A stretch of DNA of 64,000 nucleotides from an uncultured delta proteobacterium (GTDB lineage Bacteria; Desulfobacterota; Binatia; UBA9968), in contig CAVWLW010000027.1 of assembly GCA_963755715.1 (NCBI GenBank), positions 96,001-160,000 on the forward strand, in the 5' to 3' direction. The first letter of the stretch is position 1, and every line of letters begins with the position of its first letter. The translations under genes and the position numbers were made by a program. Of the stretch, positions 9,670-20,926 are shown in pieces. The notes beneath the pieces were generated by a model. The model was not told the origin of the DNA. It saw only the letters and a list, made by a program, of their open reading frames with translations, and did not search any database.

Positions 9670-11097
9670 ATGAGCGCGCTTGAATTTGGCAAACCCAGGC
9701 GACGGTTTGTGCCGGGTCGCGGCCTCGTCTATCTGGTATTGGTCATCCTCATCATCGGAGGCGGCTACCTTTTGGTACCCCGTTTCGAATGGCGCCGCCC
9801 GCAGATCAAGATCACCCCGGATATCGACACGATCGGCCTCGCCCCGGTGGAGATCGAAGTCGACGAGCCGGGCACGGGCTTAAAATCCTTCGCCGTGGTG
9901 TTGATCGCCGGCGGGACCGAGCACACGCTGGTTTCTGAGCAGTACGATCAGCCTTTAGCGCAAAAGAAATTTACCGTGGCTTTGTCGTCGAAGCTCACCG
10001 GCTTGAAAGAAGGGCCGGCCGTGCTGCGCGTGACCGCTCGTGACCGGTCGTTGTGGAATTTTTTTCGCGGCAATGAGTCCGTCGTTCAAAAGAATTTGAC
10101 CATTGACATCACGCCGCCGTCCCTGGAGCTGGTTGCGGACGATCGTTATGTCAACTTTGGCGGCGTCGGCGTGATCGTTTACAAACCGTCGCCCGATACG
10201 ATCACTTCCGGCATAAAGATCGGTAATTACTTTTTTCCGGGCTACAAAGGCCAAATTAAGGAACATCCGGATCATTACTTGGTTTTTTTCGCGCACCCTT
10301 ACAATGTCCCGGAGACGGAAAAGGCGTCGCTCGTGGCCACCGATAAAGCCGGCAATAGGCGGGAAATGAAACTCGTCTACGAGCTCAAGAATGTAAAGTA
10401 CAAAAAGAGCACGATCCAAATCTCCGAAGATTTCGTCCAGCAAAAGGTCGCGCCGTTGTTAAATGACGTGGGCGCGCGCCAAGGAAGCCCGAAAGATATT
10501 TTTATCAAGGTGAACAAAAATCTGCGCAAAGAGAACGAAGATAAAATCCGCTCGATCACCGAGAAGTCGACGCCGACCATTCTCTGGCACGGCGCCTTTA
10601 GCCAGCTCACGAATTCAAAGGTAGAAGCGAATTTCGCCGACGCGCGCACTTACATTTACAACAACGAAGCGATCGATACGGCGTATCATGTCGGCTACGA
10701 CTTATCGGTCACAAAGCATTACCCGGCCGAAGCGGCCAACAGCGGTGTCGTCGCGTTCGTCGGTGATTTGGGAATCTACGGCAACACGGTCATCATCGAT
10801 CATGGCTTGGGGCTTTTCACCCTCTACTCTCACTTAAGCGCCATCGACGTCAAAGTGGGCGACCCCATCAAGCAACAACAGCCCATCGGCAAAACCGGCG
10901 AAACCGGGCTTGCCGTCGGCGACCATCTTCATTTTGGCGTCTACCTGAACGGCCTACCCGTGCTCCCGGTCGAATGGTGGGACCAAAAATGGATCAATGA
11001 CAACGTCCAACCTAAACTGGATGGTTCGAGCGGAGAGAATATCGAGCAGGCCAAAGGCACCCCTCCGCGCAAGGTCGCGCGCAAACGGAAGAGATAG
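9670..11097 (+). CDS. M23 family metallopeptidase, membrane-anchored
   Basis: N-terminal TM; HVGYD, YGNTVIIDHG, TLYSHL, HLHFG. Confidence 0.9.
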   Translation: MSALEFGKPRRRFVPGRGLVYLVLVILIIGGGYLLVPRFEWRRPQIKITPDIDTIGLAPVEIEVDEPGTGLKSFAVVLIAGGTEHTLVSEQYDQPLAQKKFTVALSSKLTGLKEGPAVLRVTARDRSLWNFFRGNESVVQKNLTIDITPPSLELVADDRYVNFGGVGVIVYKPSPDTITSGIKIGNYFFPGYKGQIKEHPDHYLVFFAHPYNVPETEKASLVATDKAGNRREMKLVYELKNVKYKKSTIQISEDFVQQKVAPLLNDVGARQGSPKDIFIKVNKNLRKENEDKIRSITEKSTPTILWHGAFSQLTNSKVEANFADARTYIYNNEAIDTAYHVGYDLSVTKHYPAEAANSGVVAFVGDLGIYGNTVIIDHGLGLFTLYSHLSAIDVKVGDPIKQQQPIGKTGETGLAVGDHLHFGVYLNGLPVLPVEWWDQKWINDNVQPKLDGSSGENIEQAKGTPPRKVARKRKR

Positions 11098-11179
11098 TCG
11101 CTTCACAGCCACCGTCTCTTTTTACGCGGCGAATTTCAAAAGCGACCCAACCGCCGTTTTCCTGACTGAACCTCCGCTC

Positions 11180-12590
11180 GTGAATTCTCGCGGCCAATCC
11201 AGTAAAACGGTTTCCGCTGATATCAGCGACTTCATCGCGCGAGCTACGATAAAAAATATCTCGCCTGAGGTGCGCGAGACCGCCAAGCTTCACTTACTTG
11301 ACGGTTTGGCGACCATGCTGGGCGGCGCCAACGAAAAATCCAGCCTACTTTTGCGCCGCCGTTTTCGCCGGCAGAAATTGACCGGTGAAGCGACAGTGCT
11401 GGGCTCGCTTACCAAATTTTCCGCCGAGCATGCGGCATTGATAAACGGCGTCCAGGGACATGTTCTGGACTACGACGACGCGCAACTCGCCACGTTGCCG
11501 TCGCGTCCGATGGGGCAACAAACCCATCCGACCACGCCTGTGTTGGCCGCGGCACTCGCCTTAGCCGAGAGCCGCAGAGCTACGGGAGCAGCACTGCTTA
11601 CCGCGTACATCGTTGGCCTTGAAGTCGCCTGCCGATTAGGCGATGCGGTTGACCCAAGTCACTATCTGGACGGTTTTCATCCGACCGGGACGCTTGGTGC
11701 ATTCGGCGCCACAGCGGCTGGCGCCCAGCTGCTCAAACTGTCACCGCGTTCGATACGCCATGCTTTGGGCATTGCCGGCACGCTCGCGTCCGGCCTGCGT
11801 GCAAACCGCGGCACCATGGCTAAAGGGCTGAACGCCGGGCGCGCCGCAGAAAATGGCGTGATTGCCGCGACACTCGCTGCCGACGGTTTCACCGCTTCGG
11901 AAAATATTTTCGATGACCCCATGGGGTTTTTCTCCGCCGCCTGCCGCGGCCGGGTCGACGCCGATCTTCTGCGATTCGGCAAGCCATTCTTTGTCGCGCG
12001 AACCAGGGGTAGCCATCAAGCTCTACCCCTGCGCCGGGGTACTCCACCCCACCCTCGACCTGACACTGAACTTGCGCGCAAAACACAGTATCGATCCGAA
12101 GAACATCGATCGAATTCGCGTCGGTCTCGATACCAATGCCGCCCTGCCTCTGGTTTACGAAAATCCGCTAGATAGTCTCCAAGCCAAATTCAGCCTCAAT
12201 TTTGCAGTAGCTGTTGCGATCGTCGACGGCAAAGCCGGACTAAAACAATTCACTGCCGAATGGCTGCATGACCCAAAGGTCAAAAGGCTTATGAAACGAG
12301 TTGAGCTCGTGCGCCGGCCCCCACGGAAAGGAACGCAAAAGATTGGCATCGATACCGAAATCGAAATTACGATGAAAAACGGTGTAGTTCATCGAGGAAA
12401 GACTACCATCGCCCGCGGTCATCCGAAGCTCCCTCCTTCGCGCGCCGAAATTGAAGATAAGTTGCGCCAATGTGCCGATGGTATTTTAGCGCCGCGTCAA
12501 ATTGCGAATTTTTTAAACGACTTTTGGACGTTGGAACGCGCCCCATCGATTGCCGCTTGGCTCCGGCTCCTCCGTCCGTCACGGCGTTGA
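11180..12590 (+). CDS. MmgE/PrpD family protein (frameshift near 11990)
   Basis: HVLDYDD, THPT, GFHPTG, then IKLYPC and AKFSLNF in another frame. Confidence 0.85.
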
Positions 12591-12646
12591 CTTTTTCCTA
12601 GCCGGGCGGGATAGATGATTGACCAATCGTCTCGGAGGATATTTGA

Positions 12647-13348
12647 ATGCGTATCGTCGATCTCAGCATGACGGTGGAAGAATGCGACTCGGCGCCCTTT
12701 GCGCCCGATGAAAAATATTTCAAACTGAAACCGATCATCAAGTGGGAGGACAAAGGTTTTGTCTCCAACGTCGTTGAGATGACCGTGCACGCCGGCACGC
12801 ACATCGACTCGCCGCATCATTTTTTCCGCGATAAACCGTCGATCGAACAATTGCCTCTCGAATCGATGATGGGCAAAGCCGTGGTTTTGGATCTGACCGC
12901 CAAAGGCATTGCCCATGCCAGCATTTCACCGGACGACTTGGATGAGGCCGAACGAAAACTGAAGCAGCAGGGCGTGGAGATTCAAGAGGGCGGCATGCTG
13001 TTACTCAGAACCGACTGGCCGAAGGGCCACGATACCACCGATCCCAAGTGGTGGAACGACTCGCCCTATCTCACCAAAGAAGCCGCGCAATGGGTCGTAA
13101 ACAAAAAGCCGTCCGTCGTCGGCTACGACTTCGCGCAAGAGGAAAAAGGCGCCGACTATCAGCAGGCCGACCAAATTTTGGAGAGCGCCATGCGCGTTCA
13201 TCGAACGATTCTGCCGAAAGTGATTTTTCAGATCGAGAACCTGATCAACCTCGATCAGATCGGCGCCACGGCTCAAGTCGTCGCCCTGCCGGTCAAATGG
13301 AAGACCGAATCGGCGCCGGCGCGCGTGATTGCGATCCTGGACAATTGA
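12647..13348 (+). CDS. Cyclase / kynurenine formamidase family metallohydrolase
   Basis: IVDLS, HAGTHIDSP.H, IENLINL, APARVIA. Confidence 0.9.
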   Translation: MRIVDLSMTVEECDSAPFAPDEKYFKLKPIIKWEDKGFVSNVVEMTVHAGTHIDSPHHFFRDKPSIEQLPLESMMGKAVVLDLTAKGIAHASISPDDLDEAERKLKQQGVEIQEGGMLLLRTDWPKGHDTTDPKWWNDSPYLTKEAAQWVVNKKPSVVGYDFAQEEKGADYQQADQILESAMRVHRTILPKVIFQIENLINLDQIGATAQVVALPVKWKTESAPARVIAILDN

Positions 13349-13363
13349 TCTCAGCCGCGACGA

Positions 13364-14354
13364 ATGAAAGCAGTCCGCGTCCACGACCTCGGCGGTCCGG
13401 AAGCACTCCGCTATGAAGAAATTCCCGCTCCAAGCCCGAAGTCCGATGAAGTTTTAGTCAAGATCGAAGCTGCCGGTGTTAATTTTCTCGATATCTATTA
13501 TCGCTCCGGCTTTCACTGGGGCGGCCACTATCGCCGCGCGCTGCCATATATTCCCGGCGCCGAGGCATCCGGCACCGTCGTCGAAGTCGGTCCCGACGTT
13601 AAAGACATCAAAATCGGAGATCGGGTTGTCTATGGTATATCCAATGGCTATGGCTCCTATGCCGAATTGTATGCCGTGCCAAGCTGGCACTTGTTCAAGT
13701 TCCCAAGCTCTGTAGATTTTCAAACCGCCGCCGCAGTCATGTTGCAGGGAATGACTGCGCATTATCTAACTCACAGCACCTATTCTTTGAAGCCCAACGA
13801 CACCGCGCTTATCCACGCCGCCGCTGGCGGAACAGGGTTATTGTTGGTTCAAATAAGCAAGCTGCTCGGCGCTCGAGTGATCGGCACCGTATCGACGGAG
13901 GAAAAGGCTCAACTCGCGCGCGCGGCAGGCGCGGACATGACGATCAATTACGCGAAAGAGGATTTTGCCGCCGAAGTAAGAACATTAACCGACGGCAAGG
14001 GTGTCAACGTCGTCTATGATTCCGTGGGCAAAGATACCTATGAGAAAAGCCTCGATTGCCTCGCGCCGCTCGGCGTCCTCGTCATCTTCGGTCAAGCGAG
14101 CGGTCCGGTGCCGCCCTTTGATACCGCGGTGCTGAACGCCAAAGGATCTTTATCGCTGGCGCGCCCGAGTCTCACCCATAACGTCGCGAATCACGCCGAT
14201 GTTGTCTGGCGCGCCGGCGATTTATTCAAATGGATCGAAACTGGGAAGCTCATCAGTCAATATCGGCAAGACTTTTTCTTTGGCCGATGCAGCGAACGCG
14301 CATCGGGAATTGGAATCGCGCAGATCGGTCGGCAAGATTCTCTTGATCCCGTGA
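13364..14354 (+). CDS. NADPH:quinone oxidoreductase (zeta-crystallin/Qor-like; frameshift near 14255)
   Basis: GVNFLD, HAAAGGTG, YDSVGK; true C-terminus AHRELESRRSVGKILLIP* lies in a shifted frame. Confidence 0.88.
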
Positions 14355-14360
14355 AATAAA

Positions 14361-15080
14361 ATGTACGGCTGGCGTGCCAAGATCGGACGGATTTCTCCTT
14401 CTCCCGAAACCGTCGGCTGCGAGGAATGGCGCCGCGCTTTACCGGCAGGCGTCTGCCTGGTTGAAACCCGCACGCTCCTCCACGATGTCACGGTCGAAGG
14501 ACTCACCGAAACCGTTAAGCAAGTCGAGCGCGCCGCCCTCGAGCTGGCGTCAGCCGAAGTCGACGTGATTCTCCAAGCCGGCACCGCCATCGCCTTCTTC
14601 CGTGGCTTCGGCCATGATCAAGAGCTCAGTCGCCGCATCAGCACCGCAACCGGGATCAAAGCCACCACGTCATTGACTTCGGTGGTTGACGCGCTACGCG
14701 TGCTCGGCATTAAACGTCCAGCGATCGCGACATCGTACCTCGCGGACATCGATGCGCGGCTAGTCGATGTCTTACAGCAATCGGGTTTTCGTGTTGCCGG
14801 AATTCGCGGCATGGGTCTCAAACGAAGCATCGATATGGGTAAAGTGATGCCAGAGGAAACTTATCGATTGGCCTGCGCGGTCGCGCGCGCCGCAACCGAT
14901 GCCGACGGCATCTTCATCTCGTGTGGCAATCTCCGCAGTTTCGAAGCCATCGAGCCGCTGGAAAAAGACACCGGCTTGCCGGTCGTGACAAGTAATCAGG
15001 CGGGGTTGTGGCAGGCGCTCAGAATGGCCGGAGTCCAAGAGCGACTGCCAAATCTAGGCCGACTCTTGCGCGAGCATTGA
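14361..15080 (+). CDS. Maleate isomerase / arylmalonate decarboxylase (Asp/Glu racemase superfamily) protein
   Basis: MYGWRAKIG, QAGTAIAF, ISCGNL, PVVTSNQA. Confidence 0.85.
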   Translation: MYGWRAKIGRISPSPETVGCEEWRRALPAGVCLVETRTLLHDVTVEGLTETVKQVERAALELASAEVDVILQAGTAIAFFRGFGHDQELSRRISTATGIKATTSLTSVVDALRVLGIKRPAIATSYLADIDARLVDVLQQSGFRVAGIRGMGLKRSIDMGKVMPEETYRLACAVARAATDADGIFISCGNLRSFEAIEPLEKDTGLPVVTSNQAGLWQALRMAGVQERLPNLGRLLREH

Positions 15081-15099
15081 GGGTAGAGCTTCTTCCAGC

Positions 15100-16185
15100 T
15101 TACGAATGCTCATCCTGGCAAAACCAATCCGTGGGCAGCTCTCTTCCCAATTTGCGTGCTTTGGCGAGCTCGTAGATTCTCGCCGCGGCGGCTGAGAACT
15201 GAAGTCCCAGCCCTAAATGATTGAGCATGCAGGTAACGTCGCGGTCATTTTTCCGGCCCGCTATTTTACCCGCCATGATTTCCGATAATTCAGGCTTAGT
15301 GCGCCAATCGGCGGCCGTGTTTTCCAACTCGGCGCGTCCGTAGTCGCCCCGTCCGAACTCGGGGATCTTAGATTCCTCTCCTGGAAGAGTAAATAGCTTT
15401 GCCGCCTCACGCGTAGACACGGCAATCAGATCGCAACGCATCAGCGCATCGAGCATCATCTCGCTCGGCCGCACGGTCGTAATATGCATGCCGTTAGAAA
15501 TCCACGAAGAAGGAAAGAACGGATCGAGCGCATTGGTCGTCAATGCGACGATATCGGCGCCCTTCGCCGCTTCTTCAGGAGCAGAGACGGCGCGCAAGCG
15601 CGCCTGTGTTTTTTTGCTCATCTTCTCGACGAATCTCTCACGATTTACCCTCGTCGGGCTGTAGACGCGGACTTCTTCAATAGGCAGCACCTGGCACATC
15701 GCCAGCAACGCCGGTCCCGCTTGCCAACCGGAACCGTAGAGCGCCATTACGGAGGAATCCTTTCGCGCCAGATATTTGGCCGAGAGCGCGTTGGTGACAC
15801 CGACGCGAATCGCCTGCATGTAGCCATCGGGAAATATCGCGAGAAGCTCACCGCTAGCCGTGCTGAAGACAAACACCAGCCCGACGTATTTATTGCCCAT
15901 GGCCAATGGAACTTTCACCCGACGTTGCCTGCCGCCGATTGTCGGCCAGGTGATAACGTCGGAGGTTAGCCGCATCGTCGTGACGCCGGCATTCGGCAAC
16001 GCGGCGCAAGAAGTCTTAAGGCCGTGATAACTATTTTCCAGCGGCCCCGGCACGAGCAGATCCTGACGCGGCATATTTACGGCTTGGCCGTTTCCGAGAT
16101 CGCGCAAGGCCGGCTCCAGTGCATTGAAGCATTCTTCCAAGGTAAAAACGCTTTCGATTTCTTCATTGGTGAGAATGAGAGTCAT
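15100..16185 (-). CDS. Ornithine cyclodeaminase / mu-crystallin family protein
   Basis: MTLILTNEEI, GELLAIFPDG, YGSGWQA, GLGLQFSA. Confidence 0.88.
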   Translation of the reverse strand: MTLILTNEEIESVFTLEECFNALEPALRDLGNGQAVNMPRQDLLVPGPLENSYHGLKTSCAALPNAGVTTMRLTSDVITWPTIGGRQRRVKVPLAMGNKYVGLVFVFSTASGELLAIFPDGYMQAIRVGVTNALSAKYLARKDSSVMALYGSGWQAGPALLAMCQVLPIEEVRVYSPTRVNRERFVEKMSKKTQARLRAVSAPEEAAKGADIVALTTNALDPFFPSSWISNGMHITTVRPSEMMLDALMRCDLIAVSTREAAKLFTLPGEESKIPEFGRGDYGRAELENTAADWRTKPELSEIMAGKIAGRKNDRDVTCMLNHLGLGLQFSAAAARIYELAKARKLGRELPTDWFCQDEHS

Positions 16186-16214
16186 GACGTCTGTAACTGT
16201 GTAATTCGCGCGAC

Positions 16215-17435
16215 TCAGGAATTCATCGCGCGCGCCGGCTTGAGCAGCAGCAATGTGATAACCGCGGCGATCAATGGAAAGACGGCGATCGCATGCAAAG
16301 CGGCAGGTAAGCCATACGCATCGGCGATCAATCCGGCGGAAACCGGCGCTAGAAATGAAACTCCCATATTCGCGCCGTAAATGAGCGCCACGATGCTGCC
16401 CGAAAGCTCCTGCGGAGCCGCTCCCATCGCCGCCGAAACGATCACCGGCCGAAGCGCCCAGAGAAGCGCGCCGAGCGCGCCAAAACCACCGGCTAGAAGC
16501 AAACCCGACCCAAGAAACGGAATCGCCACGATGGTCGCGAAGCTGAGAAATGAAAATACGATGATTAAAGATTTGTAACCGAAGCGGTCGGAAATCCAAC
16601 CGACGAACGCCGGCGCAATCCCGGCAAACAAAAACAGGATCGACATATACGCGGCGGCAACCCCGGCGGATAATTTCAGATAGAGCGATAGGTAAAGCGG
16701 CAAAAACACCGCCAAAGCAGTTTGTCCCATGGCGCGGAGGGTCGACACTGCGACCAAGCCAAAGACCGCCTTATTTTTAATCACGTCCTCCCACAACGCG
16801 CGCCGATAGTCGCGCGCCCGCGGTGGCGCGAGATTGCCCTCTGAACCGAAGGCGGCGTAGAGCAAGCCGATCGTTAAGCCGGGAATCGCCCAGATTTGCA
16901 AGCTCGTACGCCAATCAAAAAAATTGAGCAAAAAACCGAGTGCGAGGGGGCCGATGACTTCGCCCAAGTTAGCGCTGCTGTCGTGAACACCAAGCGCGAA
17001 GGCTTTCTGCTCGCGATACTTCGCCGACAAGATCGCCAATGACTGCGGGTGAAATCCGCCGCCGCCGAATCCGCCGAGGGCCATATAAACCATCAGCATG
17101 GCGAAATTCGACGAAACGCTGAGCCCGAACGTGGCAAAGCCTATCATAGAGATACAGAGTCCGAGTAACAGGTTTCGCCGGCCGGCGAGATCCGCAAGAA
17201 ATCCGGACGGAAAACTCCCGACCCCGGCGAGTAATGTGCGCGCCGAAGCGAGCGCCCCCGCCTGGGCCAAGCTCAAACCCAACGACGTGGTAATGATCGG
17301 CAACACGACGACAATCACGCCGTTGAAAAGATGCTCGGTCATATGCGCAGCGGAGTTGGCCGCCAACCGGCCCCACGCCGCAAACGGCATCGCGACGGTC
17401 TGAACGTTTTCAATTTTCGCCAACAAAAACCTCAA
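16215..17435 (-). CDS. MFS transporter (Fsr-like)
   Basis: About 12 TM; GFLADLAGRR, FHP, GWISDRFG; start uncertain. Confidence 0.88.
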   Translation of the reverse strand: MRFLLAKIENVQTVAMPFAAWGRLAANSAAHMTEHLFNGVIVVVLPIITTSLGLSLAQAGALASARTLLAGVGSFPSGFLADLAGRRNLLLGLCISMIGFATFGLSVSSNFAMLMVYMALGGFGGGGFHPQSLAILSAKYREQKAFALGVHDSSANLGEVIGPLALGFLLNFFDWRTSLQIWAIPGLTIGLLYAAFGSEGNLAPPRARDYRRALWEDVIKNKAVFGLVAVSTLRAMGQTALAVFLPLYLSLYLKLSAGVAAAYMSILFLFAGIAPAFVGWISDRFGYKSLIIVFSFLSFATIVAIPFLGSGLLLAGGFGALGALLWALRPVIVSAAMGAAPQELSGSIVALIYGANMGVSFLAPVSAGLIADAYGLPAALHAIAVFPLIAAVITLLLLKPARAMNS

Positions 17436-17558
17436 CGGAATATTAATTCGGATACTTATGCCGATTTCGCCAGAGCCGCAACAAGATCGATGAGGGTTTT
17501 AGCTGGAACGTTTCACCCGGCACTCGTCGGAAACAAAGCGCCGAGCGCCGGCGCCTGA

Positions 17559-17783
17559 TCAGCCGATTTCGATGAGCTTATGGCGCGCCGAATGACCGCG
17601 GATAATTTTAACCGTGGATTTGGCGACGCCAAAGTGGTCCGCGAGGATATCTACAAGAGCCCGATTGGCTTTACCGTCTTGCGCCGCTTCTCGCACCGCT
17701 ACTCGGTACTGCTTCTCGGCAAGCTCTACAACTTGGGCTTTTTTGGCGTTGGGCTTGACCGTTACCGCTATCTTCAACCCCAT
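17559..17783 (-). CDS. DUF167 (YggU/UPF0235) family protein
   Basis: VKPNAKK, DGKAN.AL, F.V.KS.V.IIRG..ARHK. Confidence 0.9.
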   Translation of the reverse strand: MGLKIAVTVKPNAKKAQVVELAEKQYRVAVREAAQDGKANRALVDILADHFGVAKSTVKIIRGHSARHKLIEIG

Positions 17784-17906
17784 GATTGACCATAGCGGGA
17801 GAAACGCTTGGCGAGCAAGCGTGAAAGTGCAAATGCGCGGAGGATCTTCGCGCGGGCTCTTCGATTCGCTCCGGACGGCGTGAACGACTTGAGCTTCTTG
17901 AACGAC

Positions 17907-18386
17907 TTAGCGCGCTTGCTTTTGCACCAATTCAAGAATCTGTTGATAAGATTTGAGCAGGTCCGTTGAAGTAACGATACCGCATACGCTGCCGTCATCC
18001 TCGACGACCGGCAGGCAATTGATGCGTTTAGCGAGCATTTTCGAAACCGCATCGATGATCGGAGTATTCCGCTTCACCGTAATCGGGTTGTGCGTCATAA
18101 TCTGCTCGAGGGATTTAGTGCGCGAATTGGGATTACGCGCTAACGCCCGAAAAATATCTCGGTCGGAAATCACGCCGACAACTTTGCCTTGATTGTCGAC
18201 CACGACACAATGGCGAAAAAATCGGTCGTTCATCAGATTGGTGACTTCATTGAAGCCATGATGTGGGCTAAGCGTTACCACTTTACCGGTCATCACGTCG
18301 GCAACCTCGGTGGGACCAATCACTAATGAAATTTTACGCGAAGTCGCAGCATCGGCGGATCCTTTATCGTTGAGATTCTCAAACAT
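17907..18386 (-). CDS. CBS domain pair protein
   Basis: VADVMT, VGVISDRDI, IMTHNPITV, LPVV...GIVTSTDLL; AGGAG RBS. Confidence 0.9.
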   Translation of the reverse strand: MFENLNDKGSADAATSRKISLVIGPTEVADVMTGKVVTLSPHHGFNEVTNLMNDRFFRHCVVVDNQGKVVGVISDRDIFRALARNPNSRTKSLEQIMTHNPITVKRNTPIIDAVSKMLAKRINCLPVVEDDGSVCGIVTSTDLLKSYQQILELVQKQAR

Positions 18387-18439
18387 TGGTTTCGCTCCTG
18401 AAATTACCCAAAATTAAACTGGCGAACTGTCACAAATTA

Positions 18440-18455
18440 AGCAATTCTTACACCA
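18440..18455 (-). promoter_or_regulatory. Putative sigma54 (-24/-12) promoter of the CBS gene
   Basis: Minus strand TGGTGTAAGAATTGCT, GG-N10-GC spacing, about 55 nt upstream of the start. Confidence 0.55.
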
Positions 18456-18776
18456 CAGAGACCAGGCCGGCCTGGGCGTTCTGTCAACTTACATGAACTC
18501 GCAGCAATAGATGAAAAAATTGCCAATTCATCCCTGGTCTTACCGCAAGCTCTCGGCGCAACCCGCTATTGCTCGTCCAAACTTTGTCCAATTTCCGTTT
18601 GCGCATGCCCTAAATTGGTTCGCAGACGGGCCGCCCGCATAATAACATGAATCTTTCGCCGATGCGCTGCGAAATCGCCGGGTAGCAATTTAAAGTCCAT
18701 CAGGCCGCGCTGCATCCTGTACGGACCTCGGACCCTATGCTAAGAACACATTTAAATCTTTGCAGGAGCATTCCCG

Positions 18777-19841
18777 ATGACCCTTATTCTCAGTAACGAT
18801 GATGTCGAGTCGGCACTAAGTGTGCGCCGGTGTTTGGATGTTATGGAAGAGTCTTATCGGGAGCAGGCCGAAAGCCGTGCGGTTAACCGCCCGACCTGCC
18901 ATTCCTATTTGCCGCACTCGCTCGCCAACTCCACTTATAGTTTCAAATCGGTTGATGGCGGCGTCGGCAAATACGGCATTCTAGCGTTGCGGGTCACCTC
19001 CGACGTGGTTCAGGAACAACGAATCCGCGGCTCGATTCGCTTGGAAAAGCTGCCGCTCGCCGGTAAGGGGATGTTTGTCGGACTGGTTCAATTGTTCAGC
19101 GCCGAAACCGGCGAGCTTTTAGCGATCATGCCGGACGGCCTCATTCAACAAACCCGCGTCGGCGTCACGAGCGCTCTCGGAATGAAAGTCATGGCGCGGC
19201 AAGACTCAGAAGTTTTGGGCTTGATCGGTTCGGGCGGGCAAGCAAAAGCACACTACCGTTTCATGACCGCTAGTGATGCCGATCAAAAAAGTCAAAGTTT
19301 TCAGTCCCAATCCCGAGCATCGAAAAGCGTTCGTCGAGGAGATGGAAAAAGAAACCGGCGTTCCGGGCGAACCGGTAAATAGCGCCGAGGAAGCCGCCAA
19401 CGAGTGTCGACGTCGTCTGCACCGCGACAAATTCATCCGAGCCCGGTGTTGAAAATCGAATGGCTCAGGCCGGGTATGCACTACAATTCGATCAGGGAAT
19501 TTGAGACCGATCTCTCCGTGTTGGAGAAATGCGACGTGATCGCGATCCATACTCAATTCGGCGGCATCCAGCACTACCAGCCGCCCGGTATTATCGATGA
19601 CATGCCCGGCGTACGCCGCGAAAAGCCGCGCGACTGGTCGAAGTATCCGGAGATTTGCGATCTTATCGCCGGCAAAGCGCCCAGCCGGACAAACGAAAAA
19701 CAGATCAGTTTTTTCTTGAACAATGTCGGCACCGGCGTCCAGTTCGCCGCCATGGGTTATTGCGCCTACATGGGCGCGAAGGAAAAAGGTAGAGGCCATG
19801 AAATCCCCAGCGAGTGGTTCATGCAGGATATCAAGCCGTGA
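18777..19841 (+). CDS. Ornithine cyclodeaminase family protein (frameshifts near 19270 and 19405)
   Basis: MTLILSNDDV, GELLAIMPDG, IGSGGQA, GTGVQFAA across frames. Confidence 0.82.
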
Positions 19842-19871
19842 CGATCAGGATTTGAAAGCGGGTCAGAGATT

Positions 19872-20903
19872 TTAGTTTTTCATCATTTTCTTAAGCCGCT
19901 CGATCACTTCTGGCGGCTGGGACATGACATCTTTCGTCAGCGCCTCGACTTCTTCGCCGGTCGTCGGATCCATATCAAGCTTCTTCCTCTTCGTCTCCGC
20001 TAGAAACTCGGGATCTTTCATTGTTTTGTTAAAAGCCTCGCGGATCGTCTTAACAAGCTCCGGGCGTATCTGCGGCGGCGCAAGGTACGGCCGGTGAAAT
20101 TCCCCCGAGGCTAGCAGCGCTGTAGCCAGACGCCGTCCCGCTTCGGGTGTTTTATACTTGTCCATCAACTCGAAGAGCGTCGGCGTATTGGCTAATTTTT
20201 CATCCCTCGTTCGGCCGCCTTGAACCAGCTCGCGAGTAAAACCTCGCTTGCGCCAGGAATGAAACGGCTCGCGTGAGAAATACGCCTCGGAGCTGAGCGA
20301 ACGGCACTGGATCTCGCCCCGCTCGACAGCGAGATCGATCTCGTTGCCACCCTGATAGCCGGCGATGACGTTGAATTTAGCGCCGACGGTTTCTTCTAAA
20401 AGCTTCGGCACGAAATAACCCATGTTGCTCATGCCCGTCGTGCCACATTTGGGCGGCTCTTTGGCGGTGCGCACGTCGTCGATGCTTTTAAAAGGGCTGT
20501 CCGCGCGCATGTAGAGAACCTGCGGCGATTTGGTCGCGTTGCCGATCCAGGTAAATTTCGTCCAGTCGAATTTGACCTCGGGCCGCCCGATCAGTTGCTC
20601 GAAATAAAGACCGGCATTGATCGCCCCGAGTGTGAAACCGTCTGGTTTCGCGACCGTGTAAATATAGTTGGCGGCAATCATGTGGCCCGCGCCCGGCATA
20701 TTTTGCACGATGACGTTGGGATTCCCCGGCAGATACTTGCCCATGTAGAGCGCAATCGCGCGCGCGTAGAGATCGTAGAGGTCTCCCGCGACTGTGCCGA
20801 CGATGATCGTCATGGTTTTTCCTTGATAGTATGGACCTTGAGCGCGTAGGACTACGGGTGCCATGAGCAACAGAAAACTCGCACAGATAAGCGACTTGAG
20901 CAT
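19872..20903 (-). CDS. Bug/TctC tripartite tricarboxylate transporter substrate-binding protein
   Basis: Signal peptide, YYQGKT, VQNMPGAG, AKPDG, GYQGG.EI.LAVERGE. Confidence 0.9.
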   Translation of the reverse strand: MLKSLICASFLLLMAPVVLRAQGPYYQGKTMTIIVGTVAGDLYDLYARAIALYMGKYLPGNPNVIVQNMPGAGHMIAANYIYTVAKPDGFTLGAINAGLYFEQLIGRPEVKFDWTKFTWIGNATKSPQVLYMRADSPFKSIDDVRTAKEPPKCGTTGMSNMGYFVPKLLEETVGAKFNVIAGYQGGNEIDLAVERGEIQCRSLSSEAYFSREPFHSWRKRGFTRELVQGGRTRDEKLANTPTLFELMDKYKTPEAGRRLATALLASGEFHRPYLAPPQIRPELVKTIREAFNKTMKDPEFLAETKRKKLDMDPTTGEEVEALTKDVMSQPPEVIERLKKMMKN

Positions 20904-20926
20904 CGGCAGGCTCCTTTCGAGCTTAA

